From Idiomarina loihiensis L2TR (GTDB lineage: Bacteria > Pseudomonadota > Gammaproteobacteria > Enterobacterales > Alteromonadaceae), in contig NC_006512.1 in assembly GCF_000008465.1 (NCBI RefSeq), forward strand, positions 2,670,001 through 2,702,000: DNA of 32,000 nucleotides, given 5' to 3'. The position numbers and the translations under genes are program-made. Below are positions 1-8,341 of the stretch, one piece after another. Numbering within the stretch: the first letter of the stretch is position 1; each line of letters begins with the position of its first letter. The notes below the pieces were generated by a model that worked only from the letters and a program-made list of their open reading frames with translations, searched no databases and had not been told where the DNA came from.

Positions 1-797
1 TGCTGAGCTGTACCCACTTCAAACAAAATTTCATGGTCGCGGTTTGGTGTGTAAGCCAGTTTTAAGTCGGCGTCTTCTGCGGTTTTATCCCGGTAGCCAG
101 AAACAATTTCATCTTCCAGACGACGCGTATAACCGGCCGACAATTGAATGCCCAAAGTATCTTTAATTAGCGAGCCGGAGGTAAACAAGTTGGTCTGGTA
201 ACTGTTGCCTGACTCCGAACGTTCCTGCAAGGTGCCATCAACGCGAATTTCCGAGCGCCATTCTTCCGGTGTTTTACGGGTAATGATATTGATAACGCCG
301 CCTATTGCGTCCGACCCGTAAAGTGATGACATAGGCCCCCGTATAACCTCTATCCGGTCAATTGCCGCCAGCGGCGGTGTCCAGGCACCTTCAACGCCGG
401 GGCCATCACTGTTTGGACGGGTTTCACGCGAGCTCTGGCGCTGGCCGTCGACCAAAATCAATGTGTAGTCGGCACCCATACCACGCAGGCTAATATCCTG
501 GCGATCACCTCCGCCGGTCACGATAACGCCCGGGGCGTCAGTCATGGCGTCGGTTAAGTCTTTATAAAAACGCTGAGAAAGGTCTCTTCTGTCAATAACG
601 GAGATTGAAGCGGGCGCTTCTTTCAAATGCTGAGCAACACCTGACGCCGTTACCACCATAACTTCCATATCTTTATGTTTATGATGTTTTCTTTTAGGCT
701 TTTCTTGTTCCTGAGCCTGAGCCACGCCTACTGCTGATGCTACAGTTAATGCTAAAATGCTCAATTTTAAGCCGCTGATACTGCAATTCATGTTCAT
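1..797 (-). CDS. TonB-dependent outer-membrane receptor, CirA/IrgA-like (5' part only; the gene continues past the left window edge)
   Basis: Not in the supplied ORF track because it runs off the edge. My translation from ATG 795-797 gives: MNMNCSISGLKLSILALTVASAVGVAQA (signal peptide), DMEVMVVTAS (TonB-box-like, compare E. coli CirA ETMVVTAS), APASISVI, ISLRGMGADYTLILVDGQRQ, and IDRIEVIRGPMSSLYGSDAIGGVINIITRK (plug-domain motifs). Confidence 0.85.
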   Translation of the reverse strand, partial: MNMNCSISGLKLSILALTVASAVGVAQAQEQEKPKRKHHKHKDMEVMVVTASGVAQHLKEAPASISVIDRRDLSQRFYKDLTDAMTDAPGVIVTGGGDRQDISLRGMGADYTLILVDGQRQSSRETRPNSDGPGVEGAWTPPLAAIDRIEVIRGPMSSLYGSDAIGGVINIITRKTPEEWRSEIRVDGTLQERSESGNSYQTNLFTSGSLIKDTLGIQLSAGYTRRLEDEIVSGYRDKTAEDADLKLAYTPNRDHEILFEVGTAQ

Positions 798-816
798 CCC
801 CTAATGAATTATAAAT

Positions 817-835
817 GCGAATTATTTTCATTAGC
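817..835. promoter_or_regulatory. Fur-box-like element upstream of the CirA-like receptor, in the promoter region shared with the divergent LysR gene
   Basis: GCGAATTATTTTCATTAGC. Its reverse complement GCTAATGAAAATAATTCGC matches 14 of 19 positions of the Fur consensus GATAATGATAATCATTATC (hand alignment). It lies 20-38 nt upstream of the receptor ATG. Confidence 0.55.
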
Positions 836-904
836 GATTTTAACTGGTACTATGGAATCAGCAATTTCAAAAATATTGAAAGCTTCTTTAGCAGGACTTA
901 AAAC

Positions 905-1762
905 ATGAATCCGAAAATGATTCGATCATTAAAAGCTTTTACCCGTACGGTAGAACTCAACAGCATGAGTGCCGCTGCAAATGAACTGCATATGACAGTG
1001 TCCGCTATTAGCCAGCAGTTGCAGCGACTGGAAAACGACAACGGAATTTCGCTTTTTCACCGCAATACGCGCTCGCTTTCACTTACCGAAGCTGGTCAGG
1101 TTTTTTACCAATCGTGCCTCGATATGCTCGCTATTGCAGCGAAAAACCAGGAACGTTGGGATCAATTAACGAATCAGCCGCAAGGGCAAATAAAAATTAT
1201 TGCGCCCGTGGGTTTTGGCGGCGGTTTACTAAGCGAACCCTTAAAACAACTACAACACGAGTTTGCTAACGTAAGCTTTCAGCTGCATATGACCGACGAG
1301 CCTATTGACCTCATTACCGCCGGGGCAGATCTGGCTATTCGCATTGGTCCGCTGGCCGATTCAACCTTATACGCCAGACATTTAGCAGACTGGCACATGG
1401 TTCCTTGCATTGCTGCTGAGCATCCTGCGGCTGAGAACTCGATAAAAAGCTTTGATGATTTACCCGAAGGTTGTTTTATTGGGCACATACCCAGCTTACC
1501 CAATAAGGATTTCCCCAAGCCAAAAGTGCTGCTGAACAACATGCAGACGGTCGTCCAGTTAACGCTTGATGGTGTTGGCTATGCGCTACTTCCGCAGCCG
1601 GAAATTAAGCATTATATTGAGAGTGGACGTTTACTGCGTTTGTTGCCTGAATGGGAAGGCAGCCCGTACAGTGTTCACGCGGTACTGCCAATTAAAGACA
1701 ACATACCGGCGAAGACTGAACGGACGATTGAAGTGCTAAGCCATTTCTTTCATCGACTGTAA
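905..1762 (+). CDS. LysR-family transcriptional regulator
   Basis: 285-aa ORF. N-terminal winged HTH typical of LysR proteins (FTRTVELNSMSAAANELHMTVSAISQQLQRLENDNGISLFHR), followed by a substrate-binding-type C-terminal domain. Confidence 0.9.
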   Translation: MNPKMIRSLKAFTRTVELNSMSAAANELHMTVSAISQQLQRLENDNGISLFHRNTRSLSLTEAGQVFYQSCLDMLAIAAKNQERWDQLTNQPQGQIKIIAPVGFGGGLLSEPLKQLQHEFANVSFQLHMTDEPIDLITAGADLAIRIGPLADSTLYARHLADWHMVPCIAAEHPAAENSIKSFDDLPEGCFIGHIPSLPNKDFPKPKVLLNNMQTVVQLTLDGVGYALLPQPEIKHYIESGRLLRLLPEWEGSPYSVHAVLPIKDNIPAKTERTIEVLSHFFHRL

Positions 1763-2392
1763 TGAATGTTCTACTTCACTTTCGCCTGCCATTAGGTCAA
1801 AAGCTCTCATCTCAGTGCCGCTTTCATCCAGGCAGCGGCGCAGCACACTGGCAACATCCTCACGCGGAATAGAACCCGGTGCCAGCGATTCGCCAACAAC
1901 CACTTTACCGGTTGCTTCTTCGTCGGTTAGCGCTCCCGGACGCACAATGGTCCAGTTAAGTTTGGTGCGCATTAACTCGCGGTCGGCGTAATGTTTGGCG
2001 GCATAATAAGGAAGCAGAGCTTCAGCCCAGTTCTCACGGTTATTCGACTGCCAGGCACTGACCATGACAAAACGTTTTACGCCCACAGATTCCGCTGCTT
2101 CCATGGTTTTAACTGCGCCGTCTAAGTCGACTAACAAGGTTTTATCGTCACCAGAGCTTCCACCGGAGCCTGCGGTAAATACCACAGCGTCAACGCCCTG
2201 AAGCAGTTCTTCCAGTTGTGAAACGGGGTCTTCTAAATCACCTAATTTGGTCGTAACGCCTCGGTCTTCCCAGGCTTTTTGCTGTTCTTCCTTGCGCACC
2301 ACCGCAATCACTTCATGCGTTTTTGCGTGCTGCATCTGTTCAACTAAATGCTGACCAATTTTTCCATTTGCGCCTATAACTGCTACTTTCAT
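1736..2392 (-). CDS. NAD(P)H-binding protein, atypical SDR / NmrA-like
   Basis: 218 aa. N-terminal Rossmann motif MKVAVIGANGKIGQHL. Size and layout match atypical SDRs. The 3' end overlaps the convergent LysR gene by 27 nt. Confidence 0.75.
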   Translation of the reverse strand: MKVAVIGANGKIGQHLVEQMQHAKTHEVIAVVRKEEQQKAWEDRGVTTKLGDLEDPVSQLEELLQGVDAVVFTAGSGGSSGDDKTLLVDLDGAVKTMEAAESVGVKRFVMVSAWQSNNRENWAEALLPYYAAKHYADRELMRTKLNWTIVRPGALTDEEATGKVVVGESLAPGSIPREDVASVLRRCLDESGTEMRAFDLMAGESEVEHSLQSMKEMA

Positions 2393-2478
2393 TAACGACC
2401 TCCTTAAATATTTCGTTGTTTGAGCTTACGTAACAAAAGCTTAGTTTAGATCGCTCATTTACACCGATTTACAGGCAC

Positions 2479-2510
2479 AAAAAAAGGCAACCCGAGGGTT
2501 GCCCTTTTAG
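2479..2510 (-). terminator. Rho-independent terminator downstream of the cold-shock gene
   Basis: GGCAACC (2486-2492) / GGTTGCC (2497-2503) stem with a 4-nt loop. It is flanked by an A-run on the plus strand, which is a U-run on the minus-strand transcript. It lies 24 nt past the csp stop. Confidence 0.7.
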
Positions 2511-2526
2511 ACTTCGAGGCGCGTAA

Positions 2527-2736
2527 TTACAGCGCTACGATGTTCTCAGCCTGAGGACCTTTAGGGCCTTGAGTTACTGCGAACTCAACGCGCTGGCCTT
2601 CAGTTAAGGTTTTGAAACCGTCGCTAGAAATAGCGCTGAAATGTGCGAAAACGTCTGCGCCGTTTTCACGTTCGATGAAACCGAAGCCTTTTGCTTCGTT
2701 AAACCATTTTACTGAACCAGTAATTTTCTCTGACAT
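2527..2736 (-). CDS. Cold-shock protein, CspA family
   Basis: Track ORF 2527-2772 trimmed to Met13: [21 protein letters not shown], with KGFGFI (RNP1) and VFAHF (RNP2-like) motifs. An AGGAAG Shine-Dalgarno (2744-2749) lies 7 nt upstream of ATG 2734-2736. Confidence 0.9.
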   Translation of the reverse strand: MSEKITGSVKWFNEAKGFGFIERENGADVFAHFSAISSDGFKTLTEGQRVEFAVTQGPKGPQAENIVAL

Positions 2737-2889
2737 AATATATCTTCCTGTAACTTTTAAGTATGTGGCCATTTAGGCCGATGATGCGGGTAAAAATAAG
2801 AACTTAGAACTACAGGACGATGGTATTAATAATAATAGGTCAACGAAGTGGAGTCTTTTAACTAACTGTCTTTCTATCCGACACCGTGG

Positions 2890-2917
2890 AGTCTACGCTT
2901 ATTCCACTGCGAGTCAA
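2890..2917 (-). promoter_or_regulatory. Putative sigma70 promoter of the csp gene, implying a leader of roughly 145-150 nt
   Basis: On the minus strand: TTGACT (2912-2917), a 16-nt spacer, then TAGACT (2890-2895). Long 5' leaders are typical of cspA-type genes. Confidence 0.45.
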
Positions 2918-2947
2918 ACTATTTACCAAGTTATTTTCATAATAAGT

Positions 2948-4336
2948 TTAAACATCGCTTTCACTGGCCCAGACAACACGGTTGCGACCTTCTCGCTTAG
3001 CCTTGTACAGCGCCTGATCCGCTCTTCTGTAGATACTGGAAACATCGTCATCGGGGTGGCTTTCTGACGCACCGACACTTACCGTCGGATTAATGACTTC
3101 ACCCGAATCTAAGGTAACGACCGTTTCCTCAACCGCCGCCCGTACCCTCTCCAGTACTTGCGAGGCACTTTCATGGTCGGCATAAGCAAGCACCACCATA
3201 AACTCTTCGCCACCGACTCTAACCACACTGTCACTGCTACGAACTGCGGCTGACATAGCTTCAGAGCCTGCAATTAATACTTTGTCACCAATATCGTGGC
3301 CATAGGTGTCGTTAATGGTTTTAAAGTGGTCAAAGTCGATAACCGAAACGACAAAACCTCGCCCGCCATTTTGCCGGACCAGGCTCTGCTCCAGTATTTC
3401 CATACCCGCTGAGCGATTTTTTAACCCGGTTAGTGCATCGGTGTAGGCAATTAGTGCCATATCATCACGCTGGCGAATTAAATCGGAGCGAATCTTTTGC
3501 TCAGCAATAACCGTTTCCAGTGCGGTACCCATCATTCGCACCATTTCAATTTCCAGCTCAGTAAAAGGCTCTGCTCTTTTGCTTTTACGAGCAAAACCCA
3601 GAACTCCCCACACCTGGTCATTAATAATAAGTGGTGTACCTATATAAGTCTCCAGGCCATAGGTTTGATAACTCGCGTGCTCTTTAAAGCGCGAATCTTT
3701 TGACGCGTCATTGGTATAAATTAGATGGTTAGCCTTAAGCACAACAGAACAGTAGGTGGTTGCCAGCGGCAGCTGCGTTCCTGCGGAAAAGTCCATTTTC
3801 GCCGTTTGCACCCACTCAATCGTATAAGTGCCGTTCTGAATGGAGCTGGCCGTTCCTATATCAACACCTAAGTATTCAACACCCACTTTTAACAGCTCAT
3901 CAATAGAAGCCGGGTCAATGCGCCGTCCACGTTTATGGATAACTTCATGAATCGTGCGCATAACATCAACCGACGCATAATAGTCGCTGACATCTTCAAT
4001 AAGCACATAAATACCAATGACGTTGTCTTGCTCATCAATTTCAGGAAGGTAGCGAATATCTAAGAAGCTTTTGCGTCCATTGCGAAAAGTGACCGAATCT
4101 GAAAACTCCATCTTCTCGCCGGTGGCAAAAATATGGTCATGATTGGGCTTTATGCGTTGATAAGACTCTTCGCTAAGTACATCGGTTAACGGTTTGCCCA
4201 GCATTTCCTGCGGGGTCAGGTCAAAGAACCCCGCATACGACGTATTTACATAGCGAAACAGCCGGTCTCTGTCGACATAAGCCACCATAGTTGGTAGCTG
4301 TTCAATAATTCTATGAGTAATATGATGTTTTGTCAT
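2948..4336 (-). CDS. Diguanylate cyclase with PAS-like and GAF-like sensory regions (PAS-GAF-GGDEF)
   Basis: 462 aa. C-terminal GGDEF domain with an intact GGEEF motif (RVGGEEFMVVL) and an RxxD I-site (RSSD) five residues upstream. N-terminal sensory domains are inferred from length and pattern only. Confidence 0.85.
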   Translation of the reverse strand: MTKHHITHRIIEQLPTMVAYVDRDRLFRYVNTSYAGFFDLTPQEMLGKPLTDVLSEESYQRIKPNHDHIFATGEKMEFSDSVTFRNGRKSFLDIRYLPEIDEQDNVIGIYVLIEDVSDYYASVDVMRTIHEVIHKRGRRIDPASIDELLKVGVEYLGVDIGTASSIQNGTYTIEWVQTAKMDFSAGTQLPLATTYCSVVLKANHLIYTNDASKDSRFKEHASYQTYGLETYIGTPLIINDQVWGVLGFARKSKRAEPFTELEIEMVRMMGTALETVIAEQKIRSDLIRQRDDMALIAYTDALTGLKNRSAGMEILEQSLVRQNGGRGFVVSVIDFDHFKTINDTYGHDIGDKVLIAGSEAMSAAVRSSDSVVRVGGEEFMVVLAYADHESASQVLERVRAAVEETVVTLDSGEVINPTVSVGASESHPDDDVSSIYRRADQALYKAKREGRNRVVWASESDV

Positions 4337-4419
4337 GACGCCTCATCATTTTATGGTTCGACAGAGCAAGCAACGCTAATTAATGTGATATTACTAATAG
4401 TGTAGCAACAACCCACACT

Positions 4420-4959
4420 CTAGACTGGCAAGATTGCTTTAAAAAATCCAGCACCTTTACGTCGGGCAAATTCGATATTGCGCTCAGGAATCGACTCAGG
4501 GTCGTCATAATCTCTCAGAGCCCCTTCAATACTGGCCTCACGCAATAAATGTAAAGTTGGATACGGGGCACGGTTGGTATAATTTGCCGGGTCGTCCTGG
4601 GGCTCGCCCTCAAAGCAGTAATCGGGGTGAAAATGCGCCAGCTGGTACACGCCTTCGTAGCCTTCCTCAATAAGCAAAGCATCGGCAACATCAACCAAAT
4701 TCAGAAATTCGTAAAACCCTTCAAACCCCGACGGCAGAATAAGCAGCGTGGTTTCGGTTTCAGGTGTGGTATCCAGGTGTTTAGCTTCATCCAGCAACTG
4801 CTGTAAAACAACTTGTGGCTTGCGATTTTCGGCTACACTATAGCGAATACTCTTGCGCTCAACTTCGCGGCGTGCAAAAGGGCAGATGTTGTACTTTACA
4901 ATAAGCTGTTGCACCCAGTGCCGGGTTTGCTCAATAATCTGATGGGTATCGGTCGTCAT
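4420..4959 (-). CDS. DUF1415-family protein (function unknown)
   Basis: Track ORF trimmed to Met11 (ATG 4957-4959), because Met1 would lie 6 nt from the divergent ATG at 4996. The CPFARREV ... HFHPDY pattern matches my recollection of DUF1415. No HMM was run. Confidence 0.55.
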   Translation of the reverse strand: MTTDTHQIIEQTRHWVQQLIVKYNICPFARREVERKSIRYSVAENRKPQVVLQQLLDEAKHLDTTPETETTLLILPSGFEGFYEFLNLVDVADALLIEEGYEGVYQLAHFHPDYCFEGEPQDDPANYTNRAPYPTLHLLREASIEGALRDYDDPESIPERNIEFARRKGAGFFKAILPV

Positions 4960-4995
4960 ATTTCTTGTCTTCGCTAAAAGGGGCGCCACTTTGCC

Positions 4996-5457
4996 ATGAA
5001 ATCACTTGAACTCAAAATACCACCTTTGCTGGTTGTTGCCATAGTCGCCGGTTTAATGTGGTTAACGGCTCACTATACGCAGGCCTTTAACCAATTTTAT
5101 GTCGGCCAGCGCGCCGCAGCTATTTTTCTATTGGCATTAGGAGTCTTGCTGCCCTTGCTGGGCGTAATCGGTTTTCGCAAAGCACAAACTACGGTAGACC
5201 CCCGCGCTCCCAACAAAAGCACCGAACTTGTCACTACCGGAATATACCAACGAACACGTAACCCCATGTATTTAGGCTTTTTCTTTTTGCTTATGGCCTG
5301 GGGCGTTTTTCTGGGAAGTATCTTTTCTTTATGGGGGCTGGCATTGTATGTCGCCTATATGCACCGCTTTCAAATTCTGCCGGAAGAACGTATGTTAACC
5401 GAAACTTTTGGCGAAGCTTACAAAAACTATTGTCGTAGAACCGGGCGCTGGTGGTAA
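4996..5457 (+). CDS. Isoprenylcysteine carboxyl methyltransferase (ICMT)/phospholipid methyltransferase-like membrane protein
   Basis: 153 aa with several hydrophobic helices and an RTRNPMYLGFFF motif characteristic of this family. Confidence 0.7.
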   Translation: MKSLELKIPPLLVVAIVAGLMWLTAHYTQAFNQFYVGQRAAAIFLLALGVLLPLLGVIGFRKAQTTVDPRAPNKSTELVTTGIYQRTRNPMYLGFFFLLMAWGVFLGSIFSLWGLALYVAYMHRFQILPEERMLTETFGEAYKNYCRRTGRWW

Positions 5458-5466
5458 CCGACAGCT

Positions 5467-6144
5467 TCAGAACAACTGTCGGTGTTTTAAGCTGCGACCG
5501 AGTAAAATTAGGCCTGACAAACTAAACCATAACGCGATGGTAGCGGCAATAATGTTCAGTAAGCTGTTAAAATCGCGTTCGCCACTGTAGTCCATAAAGT
5601 GTAAACGAAACATCCAGTCACTTAGCCACCAATTGTTATTGCGGTGATCGACCACTTCACCGGAGGCAGCGTCAACATACACTCGCGTATGAATGTCATC
5701 GGTAAAAGTGACTCTATAACCGGGCTTGTTCCAGTCAATAATTTCATCACTGCCCGTTACAGCCTGTACTTCTTTGACCGAGCCTGGTCCGTTATAGCTT
5801 TGTCGTGCCAGTTTTGCGGCCAGCGGCGCGGAGGTTTGCCAGCGCTCGCCGGTCTGGGCATTCACATAATGTCTGGAGCCATCAACTGTCAGAACCAGGT
5901 ACTGAGCCGTTTCCGAAATTGAGCGTATTTCCACACTTTTAATGTTATCGAAGCGCTCAATTAGGGCGTTTTCAGGGTAAAAAACAGACCCGACCGGCGC
6001 TTTAGGAGCGCTTTGAAAGTAGTCATGAGCGACCAGACTCTGGTGGCCCACCCAGCCGAAGTACAAGCCACTGACCAGCCAGATAAGCACTTGTATAAAA
6101 ATAACCAGACTCAGCCAGCGATGCAGTTTACGCACATACCTCAT
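5467..6144 (-). CDS. Half-size PepSY-type membrane protein (TM, periplasmic PepSY-like domain, TM)
   Basis: 225 aa. N-terminal helix KLHRWLSLVIFIQVLIWLVSG, a soluble middle region, then WMFRLHFMDY followed by a C-terminal helix. It is a paralogue of the upstream ORF. Its ATG overlaps the upstream stop (ATGA). Confidence 0.7.
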   Translation of the reverse strand: MRYVRKLHRWLSLVIFIQVLIWLVSGLYFGWVGHQSLVAHDYFQSAPKAPVGSVFYPENALIERFDNIKSVEIRSISETAQYLVLTVDGSRHYVNAQTGERWQTSAPLAAKLARQSYNGPGSVKEVQAVTGSDEIIDWNKPGYRVTFTDDIHTRVYVDAASGEVVDHRNNNWWLSDWMFRLHFMDYSGERDFNSLLNIIAATIALWFSLSGLILLGRSLKHRQLF

Positions 6145-6857
6145 GCAGCTCGCCTGCTTTTTCTACGCGGCCGGAAATGGAAGTAAAGCAGAGCCGTGCC
6201 AGTTATCACAAAAAGTATATTCGCTATGCTAAACGCCTTTAACCACCAGGTTTCAATATCCACTCGGTCTTGGTAATCCATTATGTGAAGCATCCAGAAA
6301 AAGTCGAACAGTCGCCAGAAGTTATGCCGTTTGGTCACCAGCTCCCCGGTTGTCGCCGAGAAGTACAAGGTAGCACCGGCCAAATCATTAAAGTCTACTC
6401 GCCATACGGGTAACAAAGCGGGGTTAAGTTCACCCGGCGGCCGGTCTTCGATATAGCTAACCTGGGCTTTTGTCTCTTCGTTACCGGTGTAGTGTTGACG
6501 AGCAATATAGCCAATATCCATGCGATCAAGTGTGACCGGCTCCAAAGATTCGGCGTTCAGTAATTGCGTACCGGTTTGGCTTTCAACGCGATAAACCGTC
6601 TGCAAAGAGCCCTTTACCCACTGGCGCATAAGACGCACCGAGGTGGCTTGCGGATGTTGCTCTAATACCCAGCTTACCGGCGAAGTTAACGCGTTATCAG
6701 CTATAGGTTGTTCAAGCTTTTTCACCAGATGGTCGCCGTGAATGAAGCTTAAATCAAAGAACACCATATAGGCGCCACTAATGCTCCATACCACTAACTG
6801 CAGGCCAAAAAGAAGAGATAACCAGCGGTGCCAGATGCGCCATTGTCGTAATTTCAT
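6141..6857 (-). CDS. Half-size PepSY-type membrane protein (paralogue of 5467-6144)
   Basis: 238 aa. IWHRWLSLLFGLQLVVWSISG helix, a soluble middle region, then FFWMLHIMDY followed by a C-terminal helix. Same architecture as the downstream gene. Confidence 0.7.
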   Translation of the reverse strand: MKLRQWRIWHRWLSLLFGLQLVVWSISGAYMVFFDLSFIHGDHLVKKLEQPIADNALTSPVSWVLEQHPQATSVRLMRQWVKGSLQTVYRVESQTGTQLLNAESLEPVTLDRMDIGYIARQHYTGNEETKAQVSYIEDRPPGELNPALLPVWRVDFNDLAGATLYFSATTGELVTKRHNFWRLFDFFWMLHIMDYQDRVDIETWWLKAFSIANILFVITGTALLYFHFRPRRKSRRAA

Positions 6858-6922
6858 CAGGGTTATCCGTGCCCGCCGCGTTTAAGTTAAGCCCCTAAAA
6901 TTATCGACTTGCCCTGTAAAAG

Positions 6923-7513
6923 TCAAAGCAGTTCTTTCACTCTTTGTCTTAATTCCGGAATAACCTCAGTTTCAAACCATGGGTTACGCTTCATCCAGAT
7001 ATTGTTGCGGGGGCTCGGATGAGGTAATGGTAATAACTGCGGCCAGTAACTTCGCCAGTCTCTGACACGTTCGGTCAGGCTTCGCTTAGGTTCCTGCAAA
7101 TGCCACTGTTGCGCGTATTGACCAATAGCCAGTATTAATTCTAAATTGGGTAGCTGTTGCAGTATTTGCTCGCGCCAGGTGGGCGCGCATTCGGGGCGGG
7201 GCGGCAAGTCACCGGACTTACCAGTGCCCGGATAACAAAAGCCCATAGGAATAATAGCCAGTTCTTCGGCATTGTAAAAAGTGTCTTTATCAATGCCCAT
7301 CCACTGACGAAGCCTGTCGCCACTGGGGTCATCGAAAGGCTTACCGGAGGCATGAACGCGCTTTCCGGGGGCTTGTCCGGCAACTAGAATTCTGGCTTTA
7401 GGGTGCAACTGTACAACGGGGCGGGCACCAAGCGGCAGCTCTGGTTCACATAAGGTACAGGCACGGACATCACGCAGAATTTGTTGCCAATGCGGCGGCT
7501 CTTCCCATTTCAT
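6923..7513 (-). CDS. Uracil-DNA glycosylase superfamily protein
   Basis: 196 aa. CTLC near the N-terminus, ILVAGQAPG (motif A-like) and LPHPSPRN (motif B-like). Confidence 0.7.
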   Translation of the reverse strand: MKWEEPPHWQQILRDVRACTLCEPELPLGARPVVQLHPKARILVAGQAPGKRVHASGKPFDDPSGDRLRQWMGIDKDTFYNAEELAIIPMGFCYPGTGKSGDLPPRPECAPTWREQILQQLPNLELILAIGQYAQQWHLQEPKRSLTERVRDWRSYWPQLLPLPHPSPRNNIWMKRNPWFETEVIPELRQRVKELL

Positions 7514-8309
7514 AACCTTGCTCCAGCAGCTTTTTATCCTGAGTGAAACGTCCTACCGGAAAGTCCTCCGGCGGAGCCAGAACGGTCATTTTACAGTCCG
7601 CGGGAGGGTTATCAATAAAGTTAATAGCGTCATTGTAAACTGCCGAGCGGCGGGCTACTGCGTCAAATAAGGCAGGATGGTGTTTAAAAAAACGCTTAGT
7701 AAACTTAGGCAGGGGTCTTATCTTCTTTCGGAAACCTCGCGGCCGGGACAAAATAACCGTTATATCCAGCGCACCCATTTCATAGGCTTTAATCACCGGA
7801 ATAGAATCACCCAGTCCGCCATCCGTCATAGGCGCTCCACCAACGGCGGGAAACTCGCGGTAGGCCAGCGGAATAGCACAGGAAGCAGGAAATAGTTCGT
7901 GTAAGTTGTCGACTGTCACCCTGGTATACACCGGAAACCCTGTATCGACATTGGTCGTTACAACGTATAAAGGCCGGTTCTGCTCCAGGTAATGACGGGT
8001 ATTCAGTGGTACTTGTTCAAACGAAGCGTGCCAAAGCCAGCTCACATCGCAAAAATGTCCGCCTTTTAAAAAGCGTCGCCAGTTCAAAAACTCGGGCTGT
8101 AGCGCATGCTGCAAGAGAATTTTACGGTTACGTCCGTGGTCGCCGGCAAGAAAACCAATCAGGTTGGTTGAACCTGCCGACACCCCAATTGCAAAATCAA
8201 AGTTGGTTTGTCCGGTTTCAAGAAAGCCGTCCAGCACACCAGCGGCGAAGATACCGCGCATGGCGCCACCTTCTACCACTAGTGCTTTTTTACTTTGCTC
8301 CTGGGTCAT
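7470..8309 (-). CDS. Patatin-like phospholipase
   Basis: 279 aa. GGAMRG oxyanion motif, GVSAGS (GxSxG nucleophile elbow), and DGG catalytic Asp motif (MTDGGLGD). The 3' end overlaps the UDG gene start by 44 nt. Confidence 0.85.
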   Translation of the reverse strand: MTQEQSKKALVVEGGAMRGIFAAGVLDGFLETGQTNFDFAIGVSAGSTNLIGFLAGDHGRNRKILLQHALQPEFLNWRRFLKGGHFCDVSWLWHASFEQVPLNTRHYLEQNRPLYVVTTNVDTGFPVYTRVTVDNLHELFPASCAIPLAYREFPAVGGAPMTDGGLGDSIPVIKAYEMGALDITVILSRPRGFRKKIRPLPKFTKRFFKHHPALFDAVARRSAVYNDAINFIDNPPADCKMTVLAPPEDFPVGRFTQDKKLLEQGYEMGRAAALATNSA

Positions 8310-8341
8310 ACACCTGCTTATTTTTTACTTCTCAATACTCT

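Noticed and set aside
2767-2779. GGCCATTTAGGCC palindrome in the csp leader.
   Set aside because: The arms are only 4 bp. It is more likely a chance restriction-site-like sequence than a structural element.
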